The position numbers and the translations under genes were made by a program. A DNA stretch of 64,000 nucleotides from assembly GCA_038087875.1 (NCBI GenBank), contig CM075988.1, forward strand, positions 15,006,001 to 15,070,000. The letters are read 5' to 3'. The notes beneath the pieces were generated by a model, which was not told the origin of the DNA, did no database searches, and saw nothing but the letters and a program-made list of their open reading frames with translations. How positions within the stretch are numbered: the stretch's first letter is position 1; every line of letters starts with the position of its first letter. The DNA is from Malacoraja senta (taxonomy: Eukaryota). Positions 39,415 through 51,744 of this stretch are shown here, piece by piece.

Positions 39415-39490
39415 GTACAGCACGAACAAGAGTTTCACTTCCTGTTGTTAACTTGTTCAGTATTACTGAGTGATGTTATTTTGCTTTCAG

Positions 39491-39716
39491 AATTCTCGAT
39501 ACCAGACCTACCAGCGAATGTGGAACTATATGCATTCCAAGCAGCCGAGTGTCTTTGTGAAAAGTACCGAAGAAGGAATTTCTCGTGTTTTGAACTCCAA
39601 CTATGCTTTTTTATTAGAGTCAACCATGAATGAGTACCACCGACAACGTAATTGCAACCTTACACAGATTGGTGGTCTTCTGGATACCAAGGGATATGGT
39701 ATAGGCTTGCCCCTTG
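39491..39716 (+). CDS. GRIK4: GluK4 exon (S2)
   Basis: ctttcAG|...|GTGTGT; 226 nt, phase 0/1; [75 protein letters not shown]. Confidence 0.96.
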
Positions 39717-42110
39717 GTGTGTACAACAAGCATTCTGTAATGTTTTCTTCAGTCATGCATATGGTATACATGTATTTGTTCATGAGACTCTATCAGCAAT
39801 GATAGGATTTTAAGCCACACTTAAGAATCAACAAATCTCATGCTATATAATAAATATATATTGTAAGGTACATAATTGAAGTGGAGTTTTTAAAGGAAGG
39901 GTTGCTACTTTCAAATTTTAAAAAACATTTCCACTTTTTAAGTTGGAAATCAAAGAGTGTTAGAAATAATCCACTGAGTAAATTTTTCAACAGTTGTGAA
40001 GATAAGCGATAGATTATGATGTGTGACCTTTCACGATTACTGAAGACTGCGAGATGAGCAAGCATTTTAATGAGATTGATTAAACTAAAAATGACAGGGA
40101 GGGGGAGGGGCAGTGGTGAAGTTTATGCCTGAGGGAGTAACAAATGATCTGTAAGTTCTTTGTTCAAAGCCTTTGAAAGATATAAAAGTCATTTATTGAA
40201 TCATTAGAGCATTATCATAAGAATAGGTGGCTGCATAAATCATTCAGGTTGACAATTTACTGACCCAGCAAAACAAACACCAAAATAGAAGTGGTGTCAA
40301 GGAGAAAAGGTAAGTGTAAATGCAATAAAACTTGGAACACCAATATGTTAACAAGTCGCTGAGTTCTAATCGTGAAGCTCAGATCAAAGAATTATTGGAT
40401 CCAAGTTCAAATCCATTGCATCTTGAGATAAATCTCTCCCCATCTCACTCTACAGAACAGTTTGAATTCCATTTTGGACACAAAGTGCTTGAAGAACTCA
40501 GCATGTCAGGCAGCATCTCTGGAGAACATGCCTAGGTGATGTTATCAGATTGAGTCCTTTTTTCGGACTGAATGTAGGGTGAGGGGGTGGGGGGGGGGAG
40601 GAGGAAGGTGGAAAACCATGCAAAACCGTGCCCTTGGGGGTGGACAATTCAATATCAAGTTTATATCAATTCCAAGTCTATCGAACCTCTTCCTGTATCT
40701 GAAACCCTTTAATACAGGCAGCATTCCGGTAAACCTCTGCACCCTCTCCAAAGCCTTCACATCTTTCGTCTAATGGGGCGATCAGACCTGCACACAATAC
40801 TCCAAATGCGACCGAGCCAAAGTCCTATAGAGCTGCATCATGACATCATCATTTTGCATCTCTTGATTGGGAAACGTCCAAATCCCATTTTTCTTTTTAC
40901 GACTTTATTATAATAGATGGCTGTTGGCAACCCTGCATCAACCAATGAGCTGGAGACCGTTGGAGTCTTTTGTCTGGCCTCAGCAAATAATTGATTTTAA
41001 GCCAAAGCCAATTTGCATGGAAAATAATATCCATCGACGACAGAGAAATATAAACTCTATCAACTACTCACAAATAACAGCAAATTAGTTTTACTGAAAA
41101 ATGGCAGTGAATGAAGAATATATATTCAAATTAGATGAATAAAACAGATCTCAGACACTGACAGATATGTAATTACCAGACCTGACTGACAAATTATCCA
41201 ATCAGTCCCGCTCTGTCTTACAATACCCTTGTCACTATATCTTACCTTGGCAATAAAGAAATTGTAGCATCTTACAGACCTTTAATTTTGCTTCCAAAGT
41301 CATAATTTGTAGTATTCTATTTTCTGTTAAAACCACATTTTGCTCTTTTACTGCCTAATTTTTCCAAGTATATGTAACCAAAGGCTTTATGTCCCCTACA
41401 TATATGTCTTTCCATTCCTTTTTGGTAACATCAGTAGACATTACATCTTTGGTATATTTTATATGGTTTGATGTTAGATATTGTGTCATATTACCAGCCA
41501 TTTGCATAAGAAAACTTAGGTACCCAAATTGAATAAAATAAGCTTATAATTAATTGCCCAGTACAGTGGTAAATAAAACCCAGGGACTGAACAAAACACA
41601 AAACCAATAAATTGGCCAACAACTATGGACGCAGCAGATAAATTAGCACTTCAGGTGGTTATATTCTGATGAAGGGCTAATGTCTAGCTTATTTATCAAT
41701 TCTCCTCTCAGATGCTGTTTAAACAGTATTCTTGCCCTAATTCTATGACTGTATTTTGGACGACAGTAAAACAATTTATTTCTTCAGAATAATTTTCCAT
41801 TTTGATGGTAATCATCTATTGAACACAAAACATGAAAGTTAAAGTAATTATCAGAAACTAATGGCATTATACCAAACTATTATCATTGATATATCAATAA
41901 TAATAATTGTTTAATTCCTAACAAGAATTTCCTCCATGTCCACCAAGGCCACTCCTTGGTGACTTGATTCCACTAATCAGTCAAGAGGAAATTCTTGCCA
42001 GCAGTTTCTAAAGAAATATCAGAATAATGGATATAAATATGTGGTGACGCCTTTAAATATGCAGGTTATTTGCAGCATACTGTGAGGATGCTTATACTGT
42101 GAGGATGCTT

Positions 42111-43348
42111 TTGAGGATGTGACAAGTAAAATGGATGAAGGGGTGCCAGTGGATGTAGTGTATCTAGACTTTCAGAAAGCCTTTGATAAGGTCCCGCACG
42201 GGAGACTGGTGACTAAAACTAGAGCACATGGTATTGTGGGTAAGGTGTTGACATGGATAGAAAATTGGTTGGCAGACCGGAAGCAAAGAGTAGGAGTGAA
42301 CGGGTCCTTTTCAGAAAGGCAGGCAGTGGCGAGTGGAGTGCCTCAAGGCTCGGTGTTGGGGCCGCAACTGTTTACCATATATATTAATGATTTGGAAGAG
42401 GGAGTTAGGAGCAACACTAGCAAGTTTGCGGATGACACAAAGCTGGGTGGCAGTGTGAACTGTGAAGAGGATGTTAGGAGGTTGCAGGGTGACCTGGACA
42501 GGTTGAGTGAATGGGCAGATGCGTGGCAGATGCAGTATAATATAGATAAATGTGAGGTTATCCACTTTGGCGGCAAAAACAAGGGGGCAGATTATTATCT
42601 CAATGGTGTTAGGTTAGGTAAGGGGGAGGTGCAGCGAGACCTGGACGTCCTTGTACACCGGTCACTGAAAGTTGGCTTACAGGTACAGCAGGCAGTGAAG
42701 AAAGCTAATGGAATGTTGGCCTTCATAACAAGAGGATTTCAGTATAGGAGTAAAGAGGTTTTTTTGCAGTTATATAGGGCTCTGGTGAGACCACATCTGG
42801 AGTATTGTGCACAGTTTTGGTCTCCTAATTTGAGGAAGGACATCCTTGTGATTGAGGCAATGCAGCGTAGGTTCACGAGATTGATCCCTGGGATGGCGGG
42901 ACTGTCATATGAGGAAAGATTGAAAAGACTAGGCTTGTATTCACTGGAGTTTAGAAGGATGAGGGGGGATCTTATGGAAACATATAAAATTATAAAAGGA
43001 CTGGACAAGCTAGATGCAGGAAAAATGTTCCCAATGTTGGGCGAGTCCAGAACCAGGGGCCACAGTCTTAGAATAAAGGGGAGGTCATTTAAGACTGTGA
43101 GAAAAAACGTTTTCACCCAGAGAGTTGTAAATTTATGGAATTCCCTGCCACAGAGGGCAGTGGAGGCCAAGTCACTGGATGGGTTTAAGAGAGAGTTAGA
43201 TAGAGCTCTAGAGGCTAGTGGAGTCAAGGGATATGGGGAGAAGGCAGGCACGGGTTATTGATAGGGGACGATCAGCCATGATCACAATGAATGGTGGTGC
43301 TGGCTCGAAGGGCCGAATGGCCTCCTCCTGCACCTATTTTCTATGTTT
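42111..43348 (+). mobile_element. Young 5'-truncated CR1 LINE with an open 380-aa RT fragment
   Basis: ORF 42119-43261 with RT motifs; 3'UTR and tail. Confidence 0.96.
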
Positions 43349-44039
43349 ATACAGACCCAAGCCTCCTGTGAGGTTCCACTGAAAAACCTTAGCTTTTTAA
43401 ATGATGTCAATTCCATGTCCCATTAAAACTAATTCAGTCACCTGGTATAGAGTTTCTGCCTTGGGCAGAATTAAACAGCCTGAAATAATGTCGTTGCTTA
43501 TTTTCCACCACACAATCTTAAATTTTTAATAAAATAATAATAGTCATTGTGTATAATAAAATAATAATAAAATAATAATAGTCATTGTTGTTATAATGAA
43601 TATAATTTTGCTCCAGTGATTATCAGACTCACCGTAAAACGAGCCATCAAAAGCAGTTATTACACTACTTCTAAGTATTTAACTCTCTTGCTTAACAACT
43701 ACTGAAGTTTTGCTCTTAATCCAACAGTTATCTCAGGTTACTGGGAAATTGTTCAAGTTGTGAATAGCAGTCCCTTAATTTAAAGACTAAATGTTATCAC
43801 TAATAAGAAGTGTTGGGAAGTAACTATGTCATCTTTCATTGCCATGTAGCCACACCTCTCTAGAAACTGAGAGTCAATTCCCAACTGACAATGTGTAGGT
43901 AACGTGCAGCCTGGTCAAGACAGGTGCTGATTCCAAAGCCAACATTAAACTCCTTGCATGTCAGTGCAAGACCTTCAATTTGCTTGATTAATCCAGAGTT
44001 TCAGTTATGTTTGCTAATTATTTTTTACTATTCTTTCAG

Positions 44040-44168
44040 CTTCGCTTTTTCGAAATGAATTTGACTTGGCCATTCTCCAACTTCAGGAAAATAACCGGCT
44101 TGAAATGTTAAAACGGAAATGGTGGGAGGGAGGAAAATGCCCAAAAGAAGGAGAGCATGGGGCAAAAG
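44040..44168 (+). CDS. GRIK4: GluK4 exon (end of S2)
   Basis: ctttcAG|...|GTAATG; 129 nt, phase 1/1; (A)[42 protein letters not shown]. Confidence 0.95.
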
Positions 44169-44994
44169 GTAATGATAAAGCTTTCCTTCAATATGTTCTC
44201 CTTGAGCATTTTCTTTATATTTAATGATTCTCTTAATGAAGCAAACTTGTTCCTAATAATGGATTTCTTGGAATAACCTTTCCATCTATGTTTAAATCAA
44301 GGCCACATTGACAGTGAATGTTTAGCCTAGTACTGTTACCATGACAACCAAAACACAGTTCAGGAAGTTTAATGGAGGATCTAAAATCCAATTTGGGTTA
44401 TCAATTCCGTCTCCTTACAGCAGAATGTTAGATATATTTGTGTATGTTTCAAATAGCAAATAATACAGATGATTAGTTTCCCATGAAAATATTTTATTAG
44501 TTTGGTTCATTTGCTTTTTTAATTTCAATTTCATGAAAGATTGCAGGCAATTTTTTCAATGCATTCTTGGAGAGTATTTGGGAAAGACTGGCTTTACTTT
44601 CTAGCTCCAAATCTTGGCCTTTGGACGCTGTCTAAGTGTGCAGCTTTCCCATTTTGCCATGTTTTGTTTACTTATCTAGTTACAATATTCAACCAGTCTT
44701 CAGCTTACATGAAGGAAGTAAGAAGGATCATTCAGAATAATGGCTCCCACATTAAAAACTAAAGAGAGGGAGGGTTTGGGGTTGGGGTTGGGGAGTGTCG
44801 GGGGGGGGGGCATGGGGGGGGGAACGACGACTTGGTGGGTATTGACAATCAGTATTGGTGGGAATTGGTGGGAAAGATGTATGTGTTTGGGATGAGAAAT
44901 GAAGTGTTGAATATCGTCAGAGTGATATGGGGAGGAAGGAGAGATGAGGGATTAAGTCCTTAAGAAGAACTATAGATTAATAACATAATAGGGG

Positions 44995-45605
44995 TCTAGA
45001 GTAAAATGCAAAGTGCTCGAGTAACACAGCTGGTCAGGCAGCATCTGTAGAAGGAATGAATAGGCAACATTTCAGGTCGGGACCCTGCATCAGACTGATT
45101 TTGAAGAAGAGTCTCGACATGAAGCTTCATCACTCCATTCCTTCCACAGATGCTGCCTGACCCTCTGAGGTACGCCAGCACTTTGTTTTAGTCATCATTC
45201 CAATCACAATCACAATCACAATAATACTTTATTAGCCAAGTATGTTTTGCAACATACGAGGAATTTTATTTGCCAAGTCAGTCATTCAAATAAAAAGCAA
45301 CGGAACACACAAAATACATTTTAACATAAACATCCACCACAGTGACTCCTCCACATTCCTCACTGTGATGGAAGGCGAAAAAAAGTTCAACTTTCTTCCC
45401 TTCTATGCTTTCCCGTGGTCGGAGGCCTCGAGCCTTCCGTTGAAGGGGCAATCTTAATTCCTGTAGCCGGCGGTCGGGCCCTCCGCATTAGGGGAATCAG
45501 TTCCTGCATCGGGGGGATGTCAGCTCCCCCGCTCCTGCGATCGGACCCCAGGTCGGGGCTGGTCGAACCTCTGCGCCGTTGCTCCAGCATCTGCAGTTCC
45601 TTCTG
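44995..45605. mobile_element. Fold-back Penelope-derived repeat interrupted by the 45203-45582 insertion
   Basis: Inverted arms; terminal tccagcatctgcagttcc resumes at 45583. Confidence 0.75.
45203..45582 (-). mobile_element. GC-rich non-autonomous retroposon, (GATTGT)n tail, probable TSD TCCA
   Basis: (CAATCA)n on +; shares aacatccaccacag..cactgtg.tggaaggc with 46770-47639. Confidence 0.7.
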
Positions 45606-46769
45606 TCTCCTTAATAAGGATCTGCTGAGGTTGAGCTCCCTGTATCAGCCTGGGAGTAGCTCGCGTAGCCTTATTTTATGTAGGCCAGACGCAAGTTACA
45701 GAGTCACTGAGAGATATAGCATGGAAACAGACCTTTCAGCCCATTGAGTTCAACCTGACCATTCAGTACCCGGTTACACCAGTCATTCGCTAATCCCGTT
45801 TTATTCTTCCCACATTCCCCTAATCTCCCCTCAGATTCTACCACTTCCTTCTATGCTACAAAGGTAAATTGACCTACTAACCCACATATCTTTGGGGTGT
45901 AGGAGGAGACTAGAGCACCCAGAAGAAACCCAAGCGGTCACAGGGAGATCATGTAAACTCCACACAGAAAATGATTTTTAAAAAATGTGTCAGTGATCCT
46001 TCATATATTAACATTAGCCCTTAATGCATAATCAGGAATGCAAATTGCAGATTTCTCATGTGGAGAGCTCCTCATTTTCAATAAGATGGTAGTTTTCTTA
46101 GGCATTGTAAGGTGTAGCACACTGAGTTATGGTGCCACACGATCCAGTTTCTGGACAACGGTTTCTTCCTTTACTTGGTGGTCATGATTGCCTACTCTAG
46201 TTTACAGTAGAGAAATAGGCCAAGGGCACCCTGACCAGTCTACACCAGGCATAGACTCTCCAGAGCCTTTTCTATTCTATGTACTTCATCGCATCCTGTC
46301 AGCTTGACTCCTATTCCTCTCTCCGTAGTTTCCCTTAAGTGCATCTTTATTTATTAGCCTTACACATTTAATGTGATAGCAAGTTCCAGATCACATTAAA
46401 TGTGTAAGGCTAATAAATGTGTAAGTCACCGATATCTGGATAAAGTTTGTTCTAAATCTATCACTGAATTTGTTGGTGACTCAATTTATGTCCCTTAATT
46501 TCATACTTCCCTCAAGAAGCAACATTTTTTCTACGCCTAACCTTTCATACCTCTTCACAGTTTTAAAAAACCTCCCACAAGGCCAGATTTCAATCTTGCC
46601 TTTTCTAGAAAACAAATCCCAGATTTTGATGAGTGTTGGAGAAGATCTAACAATAGAAGCTAGTCCAGTGCAGTTTAATGGTGGTTTAATGATGCAGCAG
46701 TTAGTGCCGTTCCCACACAGCTTCAGCGATTCAAGTTCAATCCTGACCATGGAGTACCAACTGTGACTT

Positions 46770-47639
46770 CAATCAATCAATATCAATATCAGTTTTATTC
46801 GTCACTTGCACATAAAGTGCAAGTGAAATGAATTTGCCAGCAGCGGTACAATGAAAAAAGAACACACAAAAACACAATAAAAATTTAACACAAACATCCA
46901 CCACAGCATTCATCACTGTGGTGGAAGGCACAAAATTTGGCCAGTCCTCCTCCATTTTCCCCCGTGGTCGGGACCTCAACCCTCCGCAGCCGCCACTTCG
47001 GGCGTCCAAATGAATAGACAAGGTAAAGTCCCGGTAAGTCCAGAATCGGTGCTTCCCCACCGGAGACCGCAGCTTCAGGTTGTTGTAGGCCGCAGGCCGG
47101 CGGTCGAAGATCTAAAGTTCCCCCCGCGCTGCAGCCGGAAGCACCACAGACCGCAGGGCCGGCAGTCGGAGCTCTTCTCCAGGGGTCCCCAGCGAGGGAC
47201 CCCGCGCCTGATGGTAAGTCCCCGCCACGCCCTCGGTAGAAGTAGGCCGCGGGCCGGCGGTCGGAGCTCTTCTCCTCCCGGGTCCCCAACGAGGGACCCC
47301 AGGCTGCGGACCCCAGCCAGCGAACGGAGCACTCCCCTCCGGCGACCCCCGGCGAGGGCTCGCCCGCTCCACGACGAGAGTCCACGCTGCGCCCGCTGCT
47401 GAAGCCCCGGGCACGTCTCCGGGAAAGGCTGCACCGATCCTCGATGTTAGGCCACGCGGGAGGCGACATGGAAAAAGTCGCCTCTCCGTGGAAGAGGCGA
47501 CCGAAGCGGTTTCCCCCTTTCTCCCCTATACCACCCCCCACACAGGACACAAAGAGAGACACCAAAAACACACATTAGGACACACTAAAAAAATAAGAAA
47601 TGTAGAAAAAACTAACACGCTGCCGGCAGCGCCCCCACC
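46770..47639 (-). mobile_element. GC/CpG-rich non-autonomous retroposon (870 bp) inserted in a SINE, probable TSD GACTT
   Basis: LINE-like 3' end with AATAAA and (GATATT)n/(GATT)n tail on -; GACTT at 46765-46769 and 47640-47644; SINE head before and SINE body after. Confidence 0.75.
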
Positions 47640-47987
47640 GACTTTTTGGGTTTCTTACGGGTGCTCTGGCGCTCTTAGATTAATTAACTATTATAAATTG
47701 CCTCTTGTGTAGGTGTGCGGCAGGAGAATTAGGGAGGGCATGTGAGAGAGAATGGGTTGCAGGGAGATAAGCGAGGATATCTGACTAATAAATGTGCTTT
47801 GAGAGTCAACATAAACTGGTTGCCCTCCTATAACGTACAAAGAAATATAGCAAAAATACACAAAAATAATTAATTAATTGAATTAAAAAACACTTGGTTT
47901 AAAAGCCCATTCAACATTACTGGGCCCAGTGAAGAAGTGAAGTGTAACTTGCTTATTTAACTTGCTGTTTTTGTTGTTCTATTACAG

Positions 47988-48106
47988 GTCTAGGGATGGA
48001 AAATATTGGTGGCATTTTTGTTGTTCTAATCTGTGGTCTGATTGTTGCTGTTGTCATAGCAGTGATTGAATTCATGTGGACAATGAGACACTCTACAGAA
48101 ACAGAG
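47988..48106 (+). CDS. GRIK4: GluK4 exon (M4)
   Basis: ttacAG|...|GTAACG; 119 nt, phase 1/0; (G)[39 protein letters not shown]. Confidence 0.96.
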
Positions 48107-48679
48107 GTAACGATTGCTGAAGGGTCTCACTTTTAAACCTCTACAAACGGTCAGAAAAGTTAATTACACTAAAGTTAAAAATGAGCGTTGGGTGCATTGT
48201 TAATACTTTAGTAAATGCAGACGTGAATGTAATCAATATTCTAACAATTGATGGCCTGGTTCTTTTGTATTAGAGCTTGAATTAACCGACTCTATCCAAA
48301 CACAAAAACAAGCAATTGTGATAGAGCAGCGTTGTAAACTGTTCCACCAGAGAAATTAAGTCCATTGGCTTTTCACAAGTATTTCTTTCCTACAAGAGCC
48401 ACTTAATTAAACATTACATACCCGAATTGTTTTCTTTCCACCCTATATTTATGAATTCAATTACAACAGCAGGTGATAGTAAAGTGTTCTGTAAACTAGC
48501 TGCCCTCAGTAAAAAACTTTTTTTAATCTCTCCTTTAATTATTTCATATCCTACTGTCTCCAGATTTTGACAAATGGAAACAAACCAACAGTATATTCTG
48601 TATAAGAACTCTAGACCTCCATAAAGTTCTCGTTAAAAAAAAACACTTCTCAACTAACTTCAGTTTGAAACTGTGGTAT

Positions 48680-49680
48680 AAACTAGCCTTACCCATCAAT
48701 GCTGATCTTGATGCCTACATACATTTGCCTGCATTTGGTCCATATATGTCCTCTCCATTTTACAAAACCTAACTTATGTACAACCCATACATCCAAGTGC
48801 ATGTTTGGGAGAGCAAGAGTTTGGATTTGCCAGCTGATGCGAGGCTGTATTCATTTTCTGCCATGTGCGACTTGGTTATGACCACATTTCCAACTTGCAA
48901 ACTGTTCATGTCCAAATGCCTTTTAAATGTTATCAATATACCTGCCTTTACCACTTCTTCAGGTATCTCATTCCAGATGAACACCACTTTCTCTTTGAAG
49001 AAACTGCTTATCTGCACTTGGTCCCGTATCCTTTAAATTTATCCACTTGAACCTATCCCTGTAAGTGGAAGTGTAAAGGGACTGGACGTCCATGGTAAAG
49101 ATAAGGCAATGGGGGCCGAAAATTTGAAAATTATTGAAGAGTTGAAGGGTGTGTGATGTGTCTCGGATGTAGGTCGGAATGGATGGGCAAGGGGCGGATA
49201 AGATGGAATCCTATTGAAATCCTAGTGAATCTCTTCTACATTCTTTCCAATGTTACCATGTCCTTCCTGTAGTGTGGAAACCATAACTCTAGTCTAATGG
49301 TCTAAGTGCAGTCTGACCAATGTTCTGCACAATTGCAACATGACATCTTGACTGTGATACTCAATTCCATGGTCTATGGTGGCAAGCATGCCAATATTTT
49401 TTTTAAATACTATAACCACTTGTATTGCTAATTTTAGGAAACTATCAACTTTCACCCCAGGTTCCCTCTGCACATCGATACCTCTGAGGTTCCTGCCATT
49501 TACTGTACATGTCCTATCAGTATTTGATATCCAAAAATGCATAAAATTTTAATTTTCTGGATTAAATTCTGTCTGCCACACCGAACTTTCCATCTGATGC
49601 CCCCCATATGCCCTACCCTTCTGGATTACCCTACTGTAGTGGACTTTGTCAAAAGCCTTGCTAAAGTCCATGTAAACCAC
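48680..49680 (-). mobile_element. Old CR1 fragment with a nested Penelope RT fragment (~49055-49210)
   Basis: CR1 translations (VVYMDFSKAFDKV); minus-strand TMDVQSLYT-coding segment typical of PLE RT. Confidence 0.75.
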
Positions 49681-50029
49681 ATCTTGATTGTAATCATGAA
49701 TGTTTTTTTCTTTGACTGGATAGCATGGAAACAAATGCTTTTCACTGTACCTCGGTACACACGACAATAATAAATTAAACTAAACCAAATTATCTGCCAT
49801 CCTGCCTTCATCATTAATGTCAGCTAATCCCGGAAGTAGAAATGGTAAATTTTCAGAATGATTTTTGAGAAGGTAGCAGGAGCAAGAAATTTCCTGCCTC
49901 CTTTCAGACGCACACTTAAGCTGTCTCCTCTCCTCCCGCACTCCAAACCCACCCCACCAATCCAACCTTGAGTCTTAACAGTTGACTTAAGATAAGGGCA
50001 GTCACATTACTAGTTCATCAACACCCTCT

Positions 50030-50352
50030 TGGTCACAGAGATATAGCATGGATACAGACTTTTCAGCTCACTGACCATAATCCAACAATACTTTGTTTTC
50101 TTATTATTCTCACATTCTCATTAACTTTCCCAGATTCACCTACCGGGGGGGTGGGAGGGGAGCAATATACAGTTGACAATTAACTTGCCAATTTGCACAT
50201 TTTGGAACTTGGGAGGAAAACAGAACATCCAGAGGAAACCCGCATGGTCACAGGAAGAACGTGAAAGCTCCATGTGGGCAGCACCCATAGTCAGGATTGA
50301 ACCTGGGTCTCTGACACTGTAAGCAGTGGGCTCTGCTAGCTGTGCCACTCTG
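50030..50352 (-). mobile_element. Older V-SINE-like SINE (related copy at ~45700-45970)
   Basis: tRNA-like head on - (TGGCACAGCTAG..GGTTCAATCC). Confidence 0.7.
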
Positions 50353-51461
50353 CCACATTCTGTGGAAAGTTTAATTGCATACTGATCTGATATAAATGAG
50401 GATAACCTTCAGGTACTGGTGAAAAATGAGATCACTAATTACACCTCCCACACAATGTTGACTGGCTGTTAAAATCAGTTCAGACACTTTCAACAGCACT
50501 TAAAAACATTCAATACTTTATAATATGATCAAATCTATACCATTACGTACATATCATCATTATAGCAACATGAGTATATTTGGACTTTTTTTCAATAGTC
50601 TTGTTATCCTTCCATTTCTATGTGCCATTGTAATAATTCAGGGAATAGAGACACTGAAACAATGTCCACCCTAAAAGAGTGTTTGGTTTTCTCCCCATTA
50701 AACATAGACACCTTAATGTTGTTTCACTATTTCAGATGAGAACCCAGAGACTATTTTGGTTTCTAAGTCTGCAACTACAATTACCCCCATTATAACTCAG
50801 AATAGTTTTCCTTGTAAAACATGTATCCTGCCTCATAATATAATATTTCCTTCAAACCTAACTGGTTTGTTGATATCATTCCACAGCGATCCAATACATG
50901 ACTCTCAAATCTGTCTGAACTAATTCAGCAAGGCACTCAACTGTGAAATAAATAATTAGTTCACAGAAACATAGTCGCTTTCCCTGAGCAAGGAGGAATA
51001 AACAATAAACGTTAATGTTACTCGCATTCAATATAATTTTTTTCAAAATATGGTAGCGGCTGATATTAAAAATCCATCGTTTCCATCAACTCTAAAATAC
51101 CAAGGCAAAAATAAGACCTGTGGGCATAGTTTATTGCCTAGAAACAAATAACCCCAAATTCTTCTTTTATAAATCTCAAGGTTTAGAATTACTGTCAGAG
51201 AGATTATAGCACTCATCTAACATTCCGAGCATCCTAAGGCATCAGTTCATTAATAAAGAGGAAAGTTGTTCTAACAGTAAATTATCAATTCTCAGCAGGG
51301 ATAAAGACTCTTCCATGGGATGCGAGCTGTTTTCCAAGGATTAAATCGTGAAACCAATAACTAGAAACCGGGCATTATATAATATTCTCTGTTATATTCA
51401 CGATTTAACCATTATTTACTGTTGAGAACAATATATGCAATCAATACTATCGTGTGTAACT

Positions 51462-51678
51462 AAAAACGACACATAGTGCTGGAGTAACTCACCAGGTCAG
51501 GCAGCATCTCTGGAGAACATGGATAGGTGACATCTTGGGTCAGGAAACTTCTTCAAAGAGTGCTTTGACCCGAAACGTCACCTATCCATGTTCTCCAGAG
51601 ATGCTGCCTGACCTGCTGAGTTACTCCAGCACTTTGTGTCCTTTTGTGTAAACCAGCATCTGCAGTTCCTTATTTCTA
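51462..51678. mobile_element. Fold-back Penelope-derived repeat just upstream of the last GRIK4 exon
   Basis: Arm gtgctggagtaactca..ctctggagaacatggataggtgac and its reverse complement. Confidence 0.85.
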
Positions 51679-51744
51679 CTCTGGTGTGTAACTTATGTCT
51701 TCTATCATGTACTTTAACCATTTCTCTCCTTTTGTCCTCCTCAG

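Noticed and set aside
43527..43597. Short AT-rich tandem duplication (aataaaataataatagtcattgt twice)
   Set aside because: Ordinary replication slippage in low-complexity DNA.
46885..47571. 228-aa ORF and overlapping ORFs in the GC-rich element
   Set aside because: Open frames on both strands are expected from high GC content; low complexity and no recognisable domain.
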